A stretch of DNA of 64,000 nt, taken from the NCBI RefSeq assembly GCF_009914755.1, contig NC_060944.1. One strand, written 5' to 3'. This document shows positions 59,273 through 64,000 of this stretch, in pieces. Position numbers and translations under genes: made by a program. The stretch's first letter is position 1. Each line of letters starts with the position of its first letter. Source of the DNA: the human T2T-CHM13v2.0 reference genome, Homo sapiens. A model generated the notes under the pieces. The model was not told the origin of the DNA. It did not search any database and worked only from the letters and a program-made list of their open reading frames with translations.

Positions 59273-60298
59273 TTACAATTTGGCATGTTTTTGCAGTGGC
59301 TGGTACCAGTTGTTCCTTTTCATGTTTAGTGCTTCCTTCAGGAACTCTTGTAAGGCAGGCCTGGTGGTGACAAAATCTCTCAGCATTTGCTTGTCTGTAA
59401 AGGTATTTATTTCTCCTTCACTTATGAAGCTTAGTTTGGCTGGATATGAAATTCTGGGTTGAAAATTCTTTTCTTTAAGAATGTTGAATATTGGCCCCCA
59501 CTTTCTTCTGGCTTGTAGATTTTCTGCGGAGAGATCTGCTGTTAGTCTGATGGGCTTCCCTTTGTGGGTAAGCCAACCTTTCTCTCTGGCTGCCCTTAAT
59601 ATTTTTTCCTTCATTTCAAACTTGGTGAATCTGACAATTATGTGTCTTGGGGTTGCTCTTCTCAAGGAGTATCTCTGTGGCATTCTCTGTATTTCCTGAA
59701 TTTGAATGTTGGCCTGCCTTGCTAGATTGGGGAAGTTCTCCTGGATAATATCCTGAAGAGTGTTTTTCCAACTTAGTTCCATTCTCCCCATCACTTTCAG
59801 GTACACCAAACAAACATAGATTTGGTCATTTCACTTAGTCCCATATTTCTTGGAGGCTTTGTTCATTTCTTTTTACTCTTTTTTCTCAAAACTTCTCTTC
59901 TCTCTTCATTTCACTCATTTGATCTTCAATCACTGATAACCCTTCTTCCAGTTGATCGAATTGGCTACTGAAGCTTGTGCATGTGTCACATAGTTCTCCT
60001 GCCATGGTTTTCATCTCCATCAGGTCGTTTAAGGTCTTCTCTATGCTGTTTATTCTACTTAGCCATTTTTCTAATCTTTTTTCAAGGTTTTTAGCTCCCT
60101 TGCAATGGGTTCGAACATCCCCTTTAGCTTGGAGAAGTTTGTTATTACCGGTCTTCTGAAGCCTACTTCTGTCAACTTGTCAAAGTCATTCTCCATTGAG
60201 CTTTGTTCCATTGCTGGCGAGGAGCTGCGATCCTTTGGAGAAGAATAGGTGCTCTGGTTTTTAGAATTTTCAGCTTTTCTGCTCTGGTTTCTCCCCAT
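59273..60298 (-). pseudogene. L1 ORF1p, disrupted
   Basis: MGRNQSRKAENSKNQS start; C-terminal 'IIQENFPNLARQANIQIQEIQR...YQPLQKHAKL' lies in a separate ORF piece. Confidence 0.95.
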
Positions 60299-60299
60299 C

Positions 60300-61336
60300 T
60301 TTGTGGTTTTTTCTACCTTTGGTCTTTGATGAACCTGACCTTCAGATGGGGTTTTGGTGTGGATGTCTCTTTTGTTGACGTTGATGCTATTCCTTTCTGT
60401 TTGTTAGTTTTCCTTCTAACAGTCAGGACCCTCAGCTGCAGGTCTGTTGGAGTTTGCTGGAGGTCCACTCCAGACCCTGTTTGCCTGGGTATCACCAGCA
60501 GAGGCTGCATAACAGCAAATATTGCAGAACAGCAAATGTTGCTGCCTGATCCTTCCTCTGGAAGCTTCATCTCAGAGGGGCACCTGGCTGTATGGGGTGT
60601 CAGTTGGCCTCTACTGGGAGGTTTCTCCCAGTTAGGCTACTTGGTGGTCAGGGACCCACTTGAGAAGGCAGTCTGTCTGTTCTCAGATCTCAAACTCTAT
60701 GCTGAGAGGACCACTGCTCTCTTCAAAGCTGTCAGACAGGGATGTTTAAGTCTGCAGAAGTTTCTGCTGCCTTTTGTTCAGCTATGCCCTGCCCCCAGAG
60801 GTGGAGTCTACAGAGGCAGGCAGGCCTTCTTGAGGTGTGGTGGGCTCCACCCAGTTCCATCTTCCTGGCTGCTTTGTTTACCTACTCAAGCCTCAGCAAT
60901 GGCGGATGCTCCTCCCCTAGCCTCGCTGCCACCTCGCAGTTTGATCTCGGACTGCTGTGCTAGCAGTGGGCAAGGCTCTGTGGGTGTGGGACTGGCCAAG
61001 CCAGGCACAGGATATAATCTCCTGGTGTGCTGTTTGCTAAGACCATTGGACAAGTGCAGTATTAGGGTGGGAGTGTCCCGATTTTCCAGGTACCATCTGT
61101 CACAGCTTCCCTTGGCTAGGAAAGGGAATTCCCCAACCCCATGTGCTTCCCAGGTGAGGTGATGTGCCGCCCTGCTTTGGCTCACACTCTGTGGGCTGCA
61201 CCCACTGTCCAACCAGTCCCAATGAGATGAATCCAGTACCTCAGTTGGAAATGCAGAAATCACCCGTCTTCTGTGTCGCTCACTCTGGGAGCTGTATACT
61301 GGAGCTGTTCCTATTCGGTCATCTTGGAACCTTCAA
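60300..61336. promoter_or_regulatory. L1 5'UTR with sense promoter (minus) and antisense promoter (plus); CpG-depleted, YY1 motif altered (caagatgacc)
   Basis: Position within the full-length L1 and established L1 5'UTR biology; activity not shown. Confidence 0.55.
60899..61162 (+). CDS. L1 ORF0-like antisense ORF (87 aa); expression unknown
   Basis: gcaATGg start; MADAPPLASLPPRSLISDCCAS...SIRVGVSRFSR resembles primate ORF0; candidate splice donors at 61090 and 61154. Confidence 0.55.
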   Translation: MADAPPLASLPPRSLISDCCASSGQGSVGVGLAKPGTGYNLLVCCLLRPLDKCSIRVGVSRFSRYHLSQLPLARKGNSPTPCASQVR

Positions 61337-62452
61337 TCAGCTCTTTTCATCCTTTTGAGAACCTACTTTTGGTTTTATTGATTCTCTCTATTCTTTTTAT
61401 TCTCAATTTTATTTATCTTTAATCTCCATTATTTCTCCTAGCTTTGGGTTTAGTTTGTGTGTGTGTGTGTTTTTTAATAATTGCTCAAGGCGCAAAGTTA
61501 GCTTATTGATTTGAGATTTGGCTTCCTTTACGATGTATGCATTTACAGCTATAAATTTTCCTCCGAGCATTTACTTTGCCACATTCCATAAGTTATGGCA
61601 TGTTGTGCTTCCATTTCATTCCTCTGTAAGTATGTTCTAGATTTCTTTGTGTTTTTTTTTTTTCTTAGTCTTAACGGTCATTTAATAGTGCTGTTTAATT
61701 TTCACATAATTGTGAATTTTCTAGCTTTCTTTTCGCTATTGATGTCTAACAGCAATCCATTGTGTTCATAGAGTATACTTTGTATTATTTTAATCTTTTA
61801 CATTTTTTGAGATTATTTTTTAGGCCTTATATTTTCTATCCTGGAGACTGTTCTATGTGCACTTGAAAAGAATGTATATTCTGCTATGGTTTTGTGGAGT
61901 GCTTTATGTATGTCTGTTGTGTCTAGTTGCTTTTTAGTGTTATCCAAGTCCTCTATTTTGTTATTGGTCTTCTGTCTAGATGTTCTATCCAGTATTGGAA
62001 ATGATGTTTTGAGGTTTCTAACTTTCATCTCTGACTGTTTCACATTTTCTATGTTTGGGTTTTGCCTTTCTGCCACCATGTATCTAGGCTAAATTTCTTT
62101 TTATTGATCATGTTTGGGATTTAATGGGCTACTTGAACTTTTTTTTCACTGTGCTTCAATCTGTGTAATTTCTTTATTTCTCCCATTTATCTAATTTTCT
62201 TTTTTGCTAATTTTAAGCGGTTATTTAATATAACCATTGAGTTTCAAGTCCCCATTATTTAATTTTTTTCTTTCTCCCAGTACTATTTGGTTATTTAAAA
62301 AATTCCTGGTCAATATTGGTAGGTTTTTTTGTCTCTTTCTCATTGCTTCATAAAACTCTTTTTTATCTTTAAATATATTAAACATATTTGTTCTATATTT
62401 GTATCTGTTAATTCTAATATCACCAGCCTTTGTGAGTCTGACTCTGGGATTT

Positions 62453-62476
62453 TGTTGTTGTTGTTGTTGTTGTTGT
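62453..62476. repeat. (TTG)n microsatellite within decayed L1M-like sequence
   Basis: About 8 TTG units. Confidence 0.9.
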
Positions 62477-63464
62477 CTCTTGCTCATGGTAACTTGTTTT
62501 CTTTTGGGCTTAGTGATTGTGTTTTGGCAGGTGTGGGGCAGGGGTGTCGGGAGGGATGAGAGACAGAAAGAGAGAAAGAATACTGATGTTTCCTGAACTT
62601 TTATCTGTGTGAATTATTTGAGGCCTATTTCCAAAGGGAATTCATTTAGAGAAAATTTCTTTTACTCCTGCAAGGTACCTATCCACAAGCTCGGGATACC
62701 TTTCAACTAATATTTTTGCCTCATACTTTTCACAGCAAATGAGGGTATAAATTTAGACCCATACTCATGGAAATACGGGCTTGTGGTTAGGAATTTTCAG
62801 GGTAGGACTATTTTTTCCAAGTCTGCCCAGAGTCAATGTTAACTTAAACTAGACATATGCGTATTTTCTTTTCTGTAGTAGAACAGAGGGAAGAGGTCAT
62901 GGGTCATTCTTTTAGGGTTTCAGGGTCCTGGCTTTTGCAGGAGTCTCCAGCATAACTTTCCATCCTGCTAGGGCCCCACACTCTCCCTCCTGCCACCACG
63001 TGCATGGCAACAACCAGGATGGGCAGAGGCACCAGAGCACATCCAACTTCTGTTCCTACTCACTCCACTTGGATTTTCATGTTCTCATCGTGTCTGGTCT
63101 CCGCATTTTTCACTACTTACAATCTGCTGATTACTCTCCCAGCTAACTTCTCAGCCTAAGTGGGATGGCCTTCTCGTCAGGAACACAGTCTCTATATTCT
63201 GACTTTTAAAACATATTGATATGTGTTCTACAAGCAGCGTAGAATAATTGAACTCAATGGGTTGTCTTGCTTTCCAAACTCAGTTGGGCATTTTAAAAGA
63301 TGTTTCGAATACCTTCCCCCAGTATTTTTAGGTATGTTATACCAAAATCATACATCTAAATTGGCAAAGCGTATATATGAATTGGAAAAACATACATGCG
63401 AATTTCTACATATGAACTGGAAAACTAGAAGAAAACAGTTTTTTGGGGGACAGGATTGTACGGG

Positions 63465-63595
63465 AGAAGTAGGACAAGGAAAAAGAAGATAAAAAAGAGA
63501 ATAAAAGGGGATAAGAAGAAAGAAAAAACAAAGTAAGGAGGAGGAAAAAAGTATAAAGAGAAAAATGGAAGGATGAAGTAAAGCAGGAAAGAACA
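63465..63595. repeat. GA-rich low-complexity tract
   Basis: Nearly all purines. Confidence 0.85.
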
Positions 63596-64000
63596 CATGT
63601 GCGAGATAGAAACTGAGTACTTCTTGAGTTCTCCATAGAATGCCTGTGTCTTGTTCCTGGAACTGTTGTATTCCTGTCCTTGGGATTTGGGAAATACCCT
63701 GGGTCTTATTTATTTATTTACCCATTTCAATGTAGTTCCTGTATTGCAACCAAAAGTGCCCTCTGTATACTCCATCAAGTCATGTCTAAAACTATGGGCT
63801 GGCTTTTCTCTCCAGGTATGTGGCCTCTCTGCTTTGCCTCCTTAGACACATACAACTGTGCTCAACAGGAAGTACAGGAAGGCACTGGCCAAGCCCTGAC
63901 CACAAGGTACAATATCAAACTGGTCAATAGCTCAATTTAAAGCAACACTATTCAGTGGAGATTGCTTAAAGAATGTCTCATCTTTCAGTTGTCTTAAGTT

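Overview
This window is not prokaryotic. It is repeat-dense, apparently non-coding (intergenic or intronic) primate DNA, most likely human or another great ape, judging from an L1PA2-type 3' end and AluY copies. I could not identify any host protein-coding exon, tRNA, rRNA or CRISPR array. Almost every long ORF in the track derives from LINE-1, Alu, MaLR or simple repeats. Main contents: a full-length, ORF-disrupted L1PA4-6-type element (55158-61336, minus, 14-bp TSD) with an ORF0-like antisense frame; a young 5'-truncated L1PA2-type insertion; a near full-length ancient L1MC-type element; a rearranged old L1 (18838-23300); a complete THE1/MST MaLR provirus; many solo LTRs; about 10 Alus; Tigger and hAT DNA transposons; MIR/L2 relics; and micro- and minisatellites. 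Subfamily names are assigned from remembered diagnostic motifs and need RepeatMasker confirmation. I found no convincing novel biological system. The most interesting signals are small: a duplicated ~86-bp hairpin-like unit, captured non-repeat sequence inside an L1 and behind an Alu arm, template-switch palindromes in a THE1 LTR, a degenerate 43-bp array and an extended ORF0 frame.
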